A stretch of 64,000 nt of DNA, taken from positions 14,048-78,047 of the forward strand of contig CADCSY010000092.1 of the NCBI GenBank assembly GCA_902805555.1, written 5' to 3'. The notes below the pieces were generated by a model. That model did not search any database. It was not told the DNA's origin and saw nothing but the letters and a program-made list of their open reading frames with translations. This DNA comes from an uncultured Acidimicrobiales bacterium. GTDB lineage: Bacteria; Actinomycetota; Acidimicrobiia; Acidimicrobiales; CADCSY01. This document shows, one piece after another, positions 56,257 through 64,000 of the stretch (position 1 is the first letter of the stretch; each line of letters begins with the position of its first letter). Made by a program: the position numbers and the translations under genes.

Positions 56257-57480
56257 CTACCGGCGGGGTCGCTCCACGCCGGCGTCGCTGCCGCCCAGCG
56301 GGACGAGGGCGAGGGCGGCGCCGAGGGCGACCACCATCGAGGCGCCGATGGCCCACCGGTACCCGTGGGCGTCGATCACGAGGCCCGCCAGGGGCGGCCC
56401 GACCAGCGCACCGAGCCCGGCGCCGGTGAACAGGACCCCGATCAACCGGCCCAGCCCGGTGACGCCGAACACCTCGGCCACCACCGCCGGCGAGAGCGCC
56501 ACGAAGCCGCCGTAGCCGGCCCCCATGACCGCCGCGAAGACGACGAGCCAGGCGTAGCTGGGCGCGCCGAGCCAGATGGCGAAGGAGAGGCCCATCACGA
56601 GGAAGCACAGGCGGTACGTCCTGATGCGCCCGACCTTGTCGGCCACAGGACCGAGCACGAGGCGCCCGACGATGCTCGCTGCAGCCACCACGGCGACGAG
56701 GCCTGCGGCCGCGACCTCCGACGCCCCGTCGTCCTCTGCGAAGTCGGGCAGGTAGACGAACACCTGGAACAGCGCGAGCGAGAGCAGCACGGCCGAGGAG
56801 TAGAGCGAGGCGAAGGCGGGGGTGCGCACCGCCTGGCGCAGGGAGCGGGCCTTGGCCGAGGCAGCGGGGAGGGGTGGTCGCTCGGCCAGGGCGGCGGCCA
56901 GGAGGAGCAGCACCGTGCTGGCCGCTGCGAGGACGACGTAGCCAGTACGCCAGCCGTACAGGTCGATGAGGCGGGCCGCCACCGGCGCGGCCACCACCGT
57001 GCCGAGGCCCACCCCGGCCACCGCGACGCCGAGGGCGGTGCTGCGCCGGCGCTCGAACCAGCCACCGACCACGGCGACCATGGGCACGTAGCCGCAGGCG
57101 ACGCCGACCCCCACCCCCACGCCGTAGGTGGCGTAGCCCACCACGATCGAGTCGACCCGCGACGTGAGCAGCAGGCCGGTGCCCATCACGGCCGCCCCCG
57201 TGCGCAGGACCGGGCGGGGCCCGTACCGGTCGACCGCCGGGCCGCTCACCGCCCCGAGGGTGAACCAGAGGAAGGCGGTGATCGAGAACACGAGCGACGT
57301 GGCCCCCCGCCCCGAGCCGAGCTCGTCGCCCATCGGGCCGAAGAAGGCACCGAAGCTGTAGGCGACGCCGAAGACGGCGAACATCGAGGTGAAGCCGGCG
57401 AGCACCGCCCGCCACGCCCGGGCGGAGTCGACCGTGCCTCCCACCGCCCCGGGTCCGCCGGCCCCCTCGACTGCCGTCAC
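56257..57480 (-). CDS. MFS transporter (MCT/OFA-like)
   Basis: YSFGAFF, DRYGPR, WFERRRSTALG, GRLVLGPVADKVG. Confidence 0.88.
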   Translation of the reverse strand: MTAVEGAGGPGAVGGTVDSARAWRAVLAGFTSMFAVFGVAYSFGAFFGPMGDELGSGRGATSLVFSITAFLWFTLGAVSGPAVDRYGPRPVLRTGAAVMGTGLLLTSRVDSIVVGYATYGVGVGVGVACGYVPMVAVVGGWFERRRSTALGVAVAGVGLGTVVAAPVAARLIDLYGWRTGYVVLAAASTVLLLLAAALAERPPLPAASAKARSLRQAVRTPAFASLYSSAVLLSLALFQVFVYLPDFAEDDGASEVAAAGLVAVVAAASIVGRLVLGPVADKVGRIRTYRLCFLVMGLSFAIWLGAPSYAWLVVFAAVMGAGYGGFVALSPAVVAEVFGVTGLGRLIGVLFTGAGLGALVGPPLAGLVIDAHGYRWAIGASMVVALGAALALVPLGGSDAGVERPRR

Positions 57481-57481
57481 G

Positions 57482-58699
57482 TCACGAGACGACCACGTCG
57501 AGCGCGGCCTGCGCCGCTCGGAGGCTCACCTCGACCTGTGCGGCATGCGTCCCTCGTGCGAAGACGAAGCCGACGTAGCGGTCGCCCTCGGGCAGCGCCC
57601 GCACCGGGCGGCCGGCCAGCACGGTGATCTCGACGCCGACCACGCCCGGCACCGCCGCCGCCTCCTCCACGCCTCCGACGCGCACCAGCGTGCCGCTGCG
57701 GGGGATCGGCACCATCAGCACGCCCGCAGCGGACGTCTCCCGCCGGAGGTCCTCGAGCGGCAGGTCGAGCGCGTGGCGGAGGATGACCTCCTCGAGGCTG
57801 ATCCCGGCCCCGAACCGGAGGGTGCGGGCGCAGAGGCCGCCGATCGAGCGGGCGGCGACCTCCAGCACCACGACGTCCCCCTGGGGGGTGAGCCTCGCCT
57901 CCGCGTGGATCGGGCCCTCGACGAGGCCGATGGCGGCCGTGGCCCTGGCGACGGTCTCGTGGAGCCGGTCCACGGTGGCGGTCGGGTGGCGCGACGGCGT
58001 GACGTAGATCGTCTCCTCGAAGTACGGGCCGTCGAGCGGGTCGGGCTTGTCGAACGTGGCGAGGACGTGGAGCTCCCCCGATCGGAGCAGCGCCTCGACC
58101 GCGACCTCCACACCGGGGACGAAGGCCTCGACGACCACGGGGGCGTCGCCCGGCGCCCCCGCCTCGGCGGCGATCGAGCGCACCCGCTCGACCACGCCGG
58201 GCACCTCGTCCGCCGTGTCGGCTCGGATCACGCCGCGGCTGCCGGAGAGCGAGGTCGCCTTGACCACGCACGGCAGGCCGACCTCCTCCGCAGCCGCGAC
58301 CGGGTCGTCTCCGGCACGCACGAGGCGGTGGCGCGGCTGCACGAGGCCGGCCCCCTCCATCGCGACCCGCATGGCCGCCTTGTCCCTCGTGGCGGCGACG
58401 GCCGCCGGCGGGTTGTGGCGGAGTCCGATCCGAGCCGCCGCCGTGGCCGCCGCCACCACGCCCTGCTCGTCGACGGCGACGATGCCGGCCACCGGCGAGC
58501 GCTGGTGCAGCGCTGCGACAGCGTCTGCTGCTGCGGTCGGATCGGCGAGCGGGACGACCAGCGCCCGGTCACCCATGGCCGCCGCCATGGCCTGCGCCTC
58601 CTCCGAGCCGACCACCACCTCGACCCCGAGGGCCGCCGCGGCCGTCACGAAGTCGGGGGCCCGGTAGGTGGCGGTGGGCAGGAGCAGCAGGACCCGCAC
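57482..58699 (-). CDS. ATP-grasp domain protein (amino acid ligase-like)
   Basis: RDKAAMR, PCVVK...SGSRGVIR, VEAFVPGVEVAVE, HAEARL, EVAARSIGG; GTG at 58699. Confidence 0.9.
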   Translation of the reverse strand: MRVLLLLPTATYRAPDFVTAAAALGVEVVVGSEEAQAMAAAMGDRALVVPLADPTAAADAVAALHQRSPVAGIVAVDEQGVVAAATAAARIGLRHNPPAAVAATRDKAAMRVAMEGAGLVQPRHRLVRAGDDPVAAAEEVGLPCVVKATSLSGSRGVIRADTADEVPGVVERVRSIAAEAGAPGDAPVVVEAFVPGVEVAVEALLRSGELHVLATFDKPDPLDGPYFEETIYVTPSRHPTATVDRLHETVARATAAIGLVEGPIHAEARLTPQGDVVVLEVAARSIGGLCARTLRFGAGISLEEVILRHALDLPLEDLRRETSAAGVLMVPIPRSGTLVRVGGVEEAAAVPGVVGVEITVLAGRPVRALPEGDRYVGFVFARGTHAAQVEVSLRAAQAALDVVVS

Positions 58700-58778
58700 C
58701 GACCCAGCATGGCGGTCCCGCCGCCTGCCCGGCACGAGCCAACCTGTGCTGCGGGCGGGAGCGTCGTACCCTGGTGCC

Positions 58779-59474
58779 GTGGACGACGAGACCGAGCGCA
58801 CAGGTGCGGACGCGGGCGGCGTGCCCGCGGAGCCGTTGATGACCGTCACGCCGCAGGCCCTGCGCAAGGTCCAGGAGATCAGGGCCGGGGAGCCCGAGGG
58901 GGACAAGCTCGCCCTGTGGCTGGAGGTGTCCGGGGCGGCCGGCGGGGAGTACACCTACGACGTCTACTTCGACGTCGTCGACGCCGCCGCCGCCGAGGAC
59001 GCCGTGATCCACCACGACGACCTCACGCTCGTGATCCCCTCCGAGAGCATCGGGCGCCTCACGGGGGCCACGCTCGGCATGTCCCGCGACCTGCTGAACC
59101 CGGGGCTGTCGGTCACGAACCCCAACCGGCCGGCGCCGCCGCCGTCGCCCAGCCCGGCGGTCGGGGCTGCGGGGGCCCCGCCGGTCGGCGACCTCAGCGG
59201 TGACGTCGCCCAGCGGATCCTCCAGGTCCTCGACCGCCAGATCAACCCCAGCATCGCCAGCCACGGCGGTCGGGCCGACCTCGTGGCCGTCGAGGACGAG
59301 ACGGCCTACCTCCGCCTCTCGGGTGGCTGCCAGGGCTGCGGCATGGCATCGGTCACCCTCGGCCAGGGCATCGAGGTCGCCATCAAGGACAACGTCCCCG
59401 AGATCACCAACGTCGTCGACGTGACCGACCACGCCCAAGGCGCCAACCCCTACTACGAGGCCGCCAAGAAGTAG
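58779..59474 (+). CDS. nfuA: NfuA-like Fe-S carrier (degenerate A-type domain + NifU C-terminal domain)
   Basis: INPSIASHGG, GGCQGC, DVTDH..GANPYY. Confidence 0.88.
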   Translation: MDDETERTGADAGGVPAEPLMTVTPQALRKVQEIRAGEPEGDKLALWLEVSGAAGGEYTYDVYFDVVDAAAAEDAVIHHDDLTLVIPSESIGRLTGATLGMSRDLLNPGLSVTNPNRPAPPPSPSPAVGAAGAPPVGDLSGDVAQRILQVLDRQINPSIASHGGRADLVAVEDETAYLRLSGGCQGCGMASVTLGQGIEVAIKDNVPEITNVVDVTDHAQGANPYYEAAKK

Positions 59475-59495
59475 CCCGTCCTGGCCGTCGCACAG

Positions 59496-60254
59496 GTGGC
59501 GGTGCATGATCGGGCGGTGACGACCCCCGAGTGGGCCGGCCTCGACGCCGCCCTCACCGCCGCCCTGCATCCCACCGCCCCGCCCGTGGCCATCACCTTC
59601 GGGGCCGAGCCGCCCGCCGGGGTGGACCCGCACGACGGCCCGATGCCCGCCCCCCTGCCCGACGGGCGCACCGGCCGGGTCCCCGCCGGCTGCGTGTTCT
59701 GGATGCACGCCGCCGACCGCACGTTCACCACCACCAAGGCCGACCACGGGAACTGCAGCGTCGGCTCCCTCACCCACGGCTTCGCCACCCTGGACGAGGT
59801 GGCGGGGAACGACGACGTGGCCGCCCTGGTCGGCTCCGGGTGGGTGTCGATGGAGGACGTCCCGCAGATCCCCGTCGTGACCGAGCGACCCGTCGCGGTG
59901 ACCTACGGCCCGCTCGCAGACACCCCCGTCGACCCGGACGTGGTGCTCGTGCGCCTGACCGCCAAGTCGCTGATGGTGCTGTCGGACGCGATCCCCGGCC
60001 TGCGGGTCGAGGGCAAGCCGCAGTGCCACATCGTGGCCGTGGCGAAGGAGCAGGGCGAGGTGGCGGCCAGCGTCGGCTGCATGCTCAGCCGGGTGCGCAC
60101 GGGCATGCCCAGCACGGAGACCACGTGCGCCATCCCCGCACCGAGGCTGGCCGAGGTCGTCGCCGCCGTGCAGGCGACAGCCGCCATCGACGCCGAGGTG
60201 GCGGCCTACGCCGCTGCCGACTCCCGGCGCTTCGCGGGAGACGGCGGCGCCTGA
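59496..60254 (+). CDS. DUF169 domain-containing protein
   Basis: PPVAI, GCVFW, CSVG, YGPL...PDVV, SVGCMLSR. Confidence 0.75.
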   Translation: MAVHDRAVTTPEWAGLDAALTAALHPTAPPVAITFGAEPPAGVDPHDGPMPAPLPDGRTGRVPAGCVFWMHAADRTFTTTKADHGNCSVGSLTHGFATLDEVAGNDDVAALVGSGWVSMEDVPQIPVVTERPVAVTYGPLADTPVDPDVVLVRLTAKSLMVLSDAIPGLRVEGKPQCHIVAVAKEQGEVAASVGCMLSRVRTGMPSTETTCAIPAPRLAEVVAAVQATAAIDAEVAAYAAADSRRFAGDGGA

Positions 60255-60255
60255 G

Positions 60256-61191
60256 GTGCGCTCGATCCGGCACCTCCGCTCGCCGTCCGTCCGGTTCGGG
60301 GCCGTGTCGTGCGCGCTCGGCCTCCTCCTCGCCTGCAGCGACGGGGGGGAGGGCGACGGGGACGGGGAGGCGGCGTCGACTGCCAGCACCACCTCCACCA
60401 CCACCGGACCGGAGGGGACGTTCACCTCGCTGACCTACAACGTCGCCGGGCTCCCCCAGGGCATCAACCCGGACCAGAACCCCGAGCAGAACCAGCCGCT
60501 CATCGGCCCGTTGCTCAACGCGTACGACGTGGTGCTGGTGCAGGAGGACTTCGGGACCTACACGGAGGTGCTGCGGGCCGAGGCGGAGCACCCCCACCTG
60601 AGCGACCCGCACCCCGGCCCGCAGGTGCTCAACCCCATCGGGCGGGTCGAGGCCGCGGTCGGCGACGGCTTGAACATCCACTCGCGCCTGCCCATCGGCG
60701 AGCTCGAGCGTGTCCCGTGGACGGGGTGCGGCGCCGCCTCCGGCGACTGCCTGGCCCTCAAGGGCTTCGCCGCCACCGAGCTCACCCTCGAGGACGGCGT
60801 CGGCATCGACCTCTACACGCTGCACATGGAGGCAGGCGGCGCAGACTCGGCGCTCCGGGGCGACGACCTGGCCCAGCTCGCCGCCCACCTCGCAGCGCAC
60901 GCCCCGGGAGCCGTCATCATCGGCGGAGACTGGAACCTCGAGTACGCCGACGACCCCGACGGCGACCAGCTGCGGTCGTTCCTGGCCGAGACCGGGCTCC
61001 AGGACGTGTGCGACGTGGTCGACTGCGGCGCCGACGCCGACGTGATCGACCGCTTCCTGTTCCGCAGCGACGACCGGGTGACGCTCGAGCCGACCCGCCA
61101 CCACTTCGAACGGGAGACCTTCGTCGACCCGGCCGGCCTGCCGCTGAGCGACCACGACCCCCTCGCCGTCGACTGGTCCTGGTCCACCTGA
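60256..61191 (+). CDS. Endonuclease/exonuclease/phosphatase family lipoprotein
   Basis: Lipobox LLAC; TYNV, VQEDF, GGDWN, IDRFL, LSDH. Confidence 0.85.
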   Translation: MRSIRHLRSPSVRFGAVSCALGLLLACSDGGEGDGDGEAASTASTTSTTTGPEGTFTSLTYNVAGLPQGINPDQNPEQNQPLIGPLLNAYDVVLVQEDFGTYTEVLRAEAEHPHLSDPHPGPQVLNPIGRVEAAVGDGLNIHSRLPIGELERVPWTGCGAASGDCLALKGFAATELTLEDGVGIDLYTLHMEAGGADSALRGDDLAQLAAHLAAHAPGAVIIGGDWNLEYADDPDGDQLRSFLAETGLQDVCDVVDCGADADVIDRFLFRSDDRVTLEPTRHHFERETFVDPAGLPLSDHDPLAVDWSWST

Positions 61192-61263
61192 GGCCCGCCG
61201 TCCACCCGTCGCCGCCAGGCGGACGGGATGCCGGGCCGGGCCCGGACGACCCGCCGGGGCCGC

Positions 61264-62412
61264 TCAGACGATCTTGAGGTCGCGGTGGCGGCGCCGGGTG
61301 GGCGCCAGCTCCTCGTCGATGCGGCGGGCGATCTCGGCGAAGGCGGCGGCTGCCTCGCCCTCGGGCTCGGTGACCACGATCGGCGTGCCGACGTCGCCGC
61401 CCTCCCGCAGCGCAGGTACCAGCGGGACCTTGCCGATGAGGGGGGCGTCGAGGCGCTCGGCCAGGCCCTCCCCGCCGCCGGACCCGAAGAGCTCGTAGCG
61501 GGTCCCGTCGTCGCCGGTGAACCAGCTCATGTTCTCGATGACGCCGTGCACCGGGATCTTGACCTGTGGGCTCTGGAACATCAGCCCCGCTCGCTGCGCC
61601 ACCCGCTGGGCGGCGGGCTGGGGCGTGGTCACGACGTAGGCCTCCGACCGGGGGAGGAAGCCGGCGAGCGAGAGGGAGATGTCCCCGGTGCCAGGAGGCA
61701 GGTCGACCACGAGGTAGTCGGGCTCGCCCCAGTAGAAGTCGGTCAGGAACTGCTCGAGGGCCTTGTGGAGCATGGGTCCACGCCACACGACGGGCTGGTC
61801 CTCGCGCACGAAGAAGCCGATCGACGCCACCGAGATCCCGTGCGCCTGCGGCGGGATGATCATGGAGTCGTCGAGCACCGACGGCGGGGCGTCGATGCCG
61901 AGCATCGCCGGGATGGAGAAGCCCCAGACGTCGGCGTCGACCACCGCCACCCGCTTCCCACGCCTCGCCAGGGAGATCGCCAGGTTGACCGTGACCGACG
62001 ACTTCCCGACCCCGCCCTTGCCCGACGCCACGAGCAGCACCCGGGTGCGCGAGCCGGGGTCGGCGAACGAGACGGCTCGCCCTTCGGCGTGGCCGTGGGC
62101 AGGGGCCTGGCCGGCGGTGGACCCGGGATCGCCGTGGAGGCGCCGTCGGATCGTCGACCGCTCGTCGTCGTCGAGGTCGTCGAGCTCGACGCGCACGTCC
62201 TCCACGCCGGGGACCGCCAGCACCGCAGCGCGGACGTCGGCCTCGAGCCGGTCGGTCGGCGAGTCGGGGAGGAGCCGGGCCACGAGCACCTCGACGCGCT
62301 TGCGGCGGATCGAGAGCCGCCGGACCATGCCGAGCTCGACGATGCTGCGGTGGAGCTGGGGGTCCTCGACGGCGGCCAGCGCCGCTCGGACCAGGTTCTC
62401 GTCGACGGACAT
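61264..62412 (-). CDS. mrp: Mrp/NBP35 (ApbC) family P-loop ATPase
   Basis: DPQL.RSIVELGMV N-domain, SGKGGVGKS, WRGPML, DLPPGTGD, VTTPQ, ENMS. Confidence 0.92.
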   Translation of the reverse strand: MSVDENLVRAALAAVEDPQLHRSIVELGMVRRLSIRRKRVEVLVARLLPDSPTDRLEADVRAAVLAVPGVEDVRVELDDLDDDERSTIRRRLHGDPGSTAGQAPAHGHAEGRAVSFADPGSRTRVLLVASGKGGVGKSSVTVNLAISLARRGKRVAVVDADVWGFSIPAMLGIDAPPSVLDDSMIIPPQAHGISVASIGFFVREDQPVVWRGPMLHKALEQFLTDFYWGEPDYLVVDLPPGTGDISLSLAGFLPRSEAYVVTTPQPAAQRVAQRAGLMFQSPQVKIPVHGVIENMSWFTGDDGTRYELFGSGGGEGLAERLDAPLIGKVPLVPALREGGDVGTPIVVTEPEGEAAAAFAEIARRIDEELAPTRRRHRDLKIV

Positions 62413-62533
62413 GGGGAGCTCGGCCTCGCTGCGGTGTGCGGAAGCGGCGCGGCGGGCGGCTGGGGCCCACGACCGCTCGTGACCCGCCGGGCGCCGCCGG
62501 AGCCCCACCGGGGACCCTCGGTACACTACTGAC

Positions 62534-63304
62534 GTGGCTGAGAATCCCCTCTCCGACCACGCACCGACACCCGACGGTGCCGAAGGCCGCCGCGCCGAGG
62601 CCTTCTCCTCCGCCGTCAGCGCCGTCACGTCCGCCTTCGGCGATCCCACCCGCCGCCGGATCTACCTCGAGGCGCACGAGCACCCCGAGGGGGTCACCGC
62701 GTCTGAGGTGGCGGAGCGCTTCGCCCTGCACGCCAACGTGGCCCGCCACCACCTCGACAAGCTCGCAGCCGGCGGCTACCTCGAGGTGCGCACGGGTCGG
62801 GGGGCCGTCGGCGCCGGGGCGGGCAGGCCGTCCAAGCGCTACGTGGCGACGGCTCGCGAGGTCGACCTCGTCTTCCCGGTCCGCCACGACGACCTGGTGA
62901 TGACGCTCCTCGCACGTGCGCTCGAGCTGCTGCCGCGCGAGGCGGCCGAGGCGATGGCCGAGCAGGTCGGGGCCGAGTACGGCGCAGCGATGGCCTCCTC
63001 GCTCGGGGTGGGCGACGGGCACCGCTCCTTCCGCTCGGCGCTGCACGCGGTCGCCGACGCCCTGACCGCCCACGGCTTCGCGGCACACACCGAGGGCCGA
63101 GGCGATGCGCTCTCGATCGTCTCCGACCACTGCCCCTTCGGCGGCCCGGCGGTCGCCTCGCCGGTCATCTGCGCAGTCGACCGCGGGATGGTGAAGGGCA
63201 TGCTCGGCGCCCTGTACGGCGACACCGACCCGGCCACCACCAGCTCCCGCGCCCTCGGCGACGCCACCTGTGTCACGAACGTGGCCGTGGCCCTCAGCCC
63301 CTGA
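62534..63304 (+). CDS. Winged HTH metalloregulator (SufR-like/ArsR-like)
   Basis: [27 protein letters not shown]...IC. Confidence 0.82.
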   Translation: MAENPLSDHAPTPDGAEGRRAEAFSSAVSAVTSAFGDPTRRRIYLEAHEHPEGVTASEVAERFALHANVARHHLDKLAAGGYLEVRTGRGAVGAGAGRPSKRYVATAREVDLVFPVRHDDLVMTLLARALELLPREAAEAMAEQVGAEYGAAMASSLGVGDGHRSFRSALHAVADALTAHGFAAHTEGRGDALSIVSDHCPFGGPAVASPVICAVDRGMVKGMLGALYGDTDPATTSSRALGDATCVTNVAVALSP

Positions 63305-64000
63305 GCCGCCACTACCTCGACCACGCGTCGACCTCGCCGACCCGGCCTGTGGCGGTCGAGGCGATGCTGCCGTGGTTCGGCGCGGCCGCCGACCCGGGTC
63401 GCGTGCACAGCGAGGGGAGCGCAGCGCGGGTGGCCGTCGAGGTGGCGCGCCAGCAGGTCGCCGACCTGCTGGGCGCGCGGCCCCGTGAGGTCGTGTTCAC
63501 GAGCGGCGCCACCGAGGCGGTCGTGACGGCCACCTGGATGGCGACGGAGCGGGGCGACCACGTCGTGCTCCCCGCAGTCGAGCACCGCTGCGTGCGGGAC
63601 GCCGCGGCCAGGCACCGCACCACGGTGGTCGGCGTCGACGTCCACGGTCGTGTCGACTGGGCAGCGCTGGCCGAGGCGGTCGAGCCGGGCACGGCGCTCG
63701 TGCACGTCCAGTGGGGCAACCACGAGGTCGGCACCCTCCAGCCGGTGGCCGACGCCGTCGCCGCCTGCCGGGAGCGAGGAGTGCTCGTCCACGTCGACGC
63801 CGCCCAGGCCGCGGGCCACGTCCCGATCGACTTCGTGGCGCTCGGGGCCGACCTGCTCAGCGTGAGCGCCCACAAGCTGGGCGGCCCGGTGGGGGTCGGC
63901 GCGCTGCTGGTGCGCCGGGGCCTGCGCCTGCGCCCGCTCATGGTGGGCGGTGACCAGGAGCGGGCCCGGCGGGCCGGCTCCGAGAACGTGCCCGGCATCG
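63301..64000 (+). CDS. Cysteine desulfurase (IscS/NifS class), truncated by window end
   Basis: [49 protein letters not shown]; frame begins at CTG 63301 overlapping the upstream TGA. Confidence 0.9.
   Translation, partial: MSRHYLDHASTSPTRPVAVEAMLPWFGAAADPGRVHSEGSAARVAVEVARQQVADLLGARPREVVFTSGATEAVVTATWMATERGDHVVLPAVEHRCVRDAAARHRTTVVGVDVHGRVDWAALAEAVEPGTALVHVQWGNHEVGTLQPVADAVAACRERGVLVHVDAAQAAGHVPIDFVALGADLLSVSAHKLGGPVGVGALLVRRGLRLRPLMVGGDQERARRAGSENVPGI

Overview
Very GC-rich, gene-dense bacterial chromosome segment. Gene content (whiB1-pdtaS-DAG kinase synteny, the MSMEG_4193/DUF3090/SCO1664 trio, paired Get3-like ArsA ATPases, DUF3107, many apparently leaderless genes) points to Actinobacteria, plausibly Acidimicrobiia (inference). 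About 65 CDS and one tRNA-Arg(CCG); no rRNA, CRISPR array, integrase or transposase was seen. Housekeeping blocks: lysA-hom-thrC with no canonical thrB, etfBA, fatty-acid/P450 catabolism and Fe-S biogenesis genes. Most notable: (1) downstream of the tRNA, a stressosome module in which the RsbT kinase is fused behind an ECF sigma factor and a zinc anti-sigma (HxxxCxxC) motif, followed by RsbR and RsbS, suggesting a stressosome that holds a sigma factor directly; (2) two PAP2-phosphatase/kinase fusion proteins with reciprocal loss of catalytic residues, flanking a flippase-like membrane protein; (3) a CCAEP-tail B12 radical SAM / ATP-grasp / MFS operon beside Fe-S and DUF169 genes; (4) a stand-alone FrhB-family protein upstream of a P450-ferredoxin pair with no reductase; (5) a ~60-bp palindromic tandem repeat array. 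All family calls come from motif recognition by eye, without database searches; start codons were adjusted manually and are approximate.
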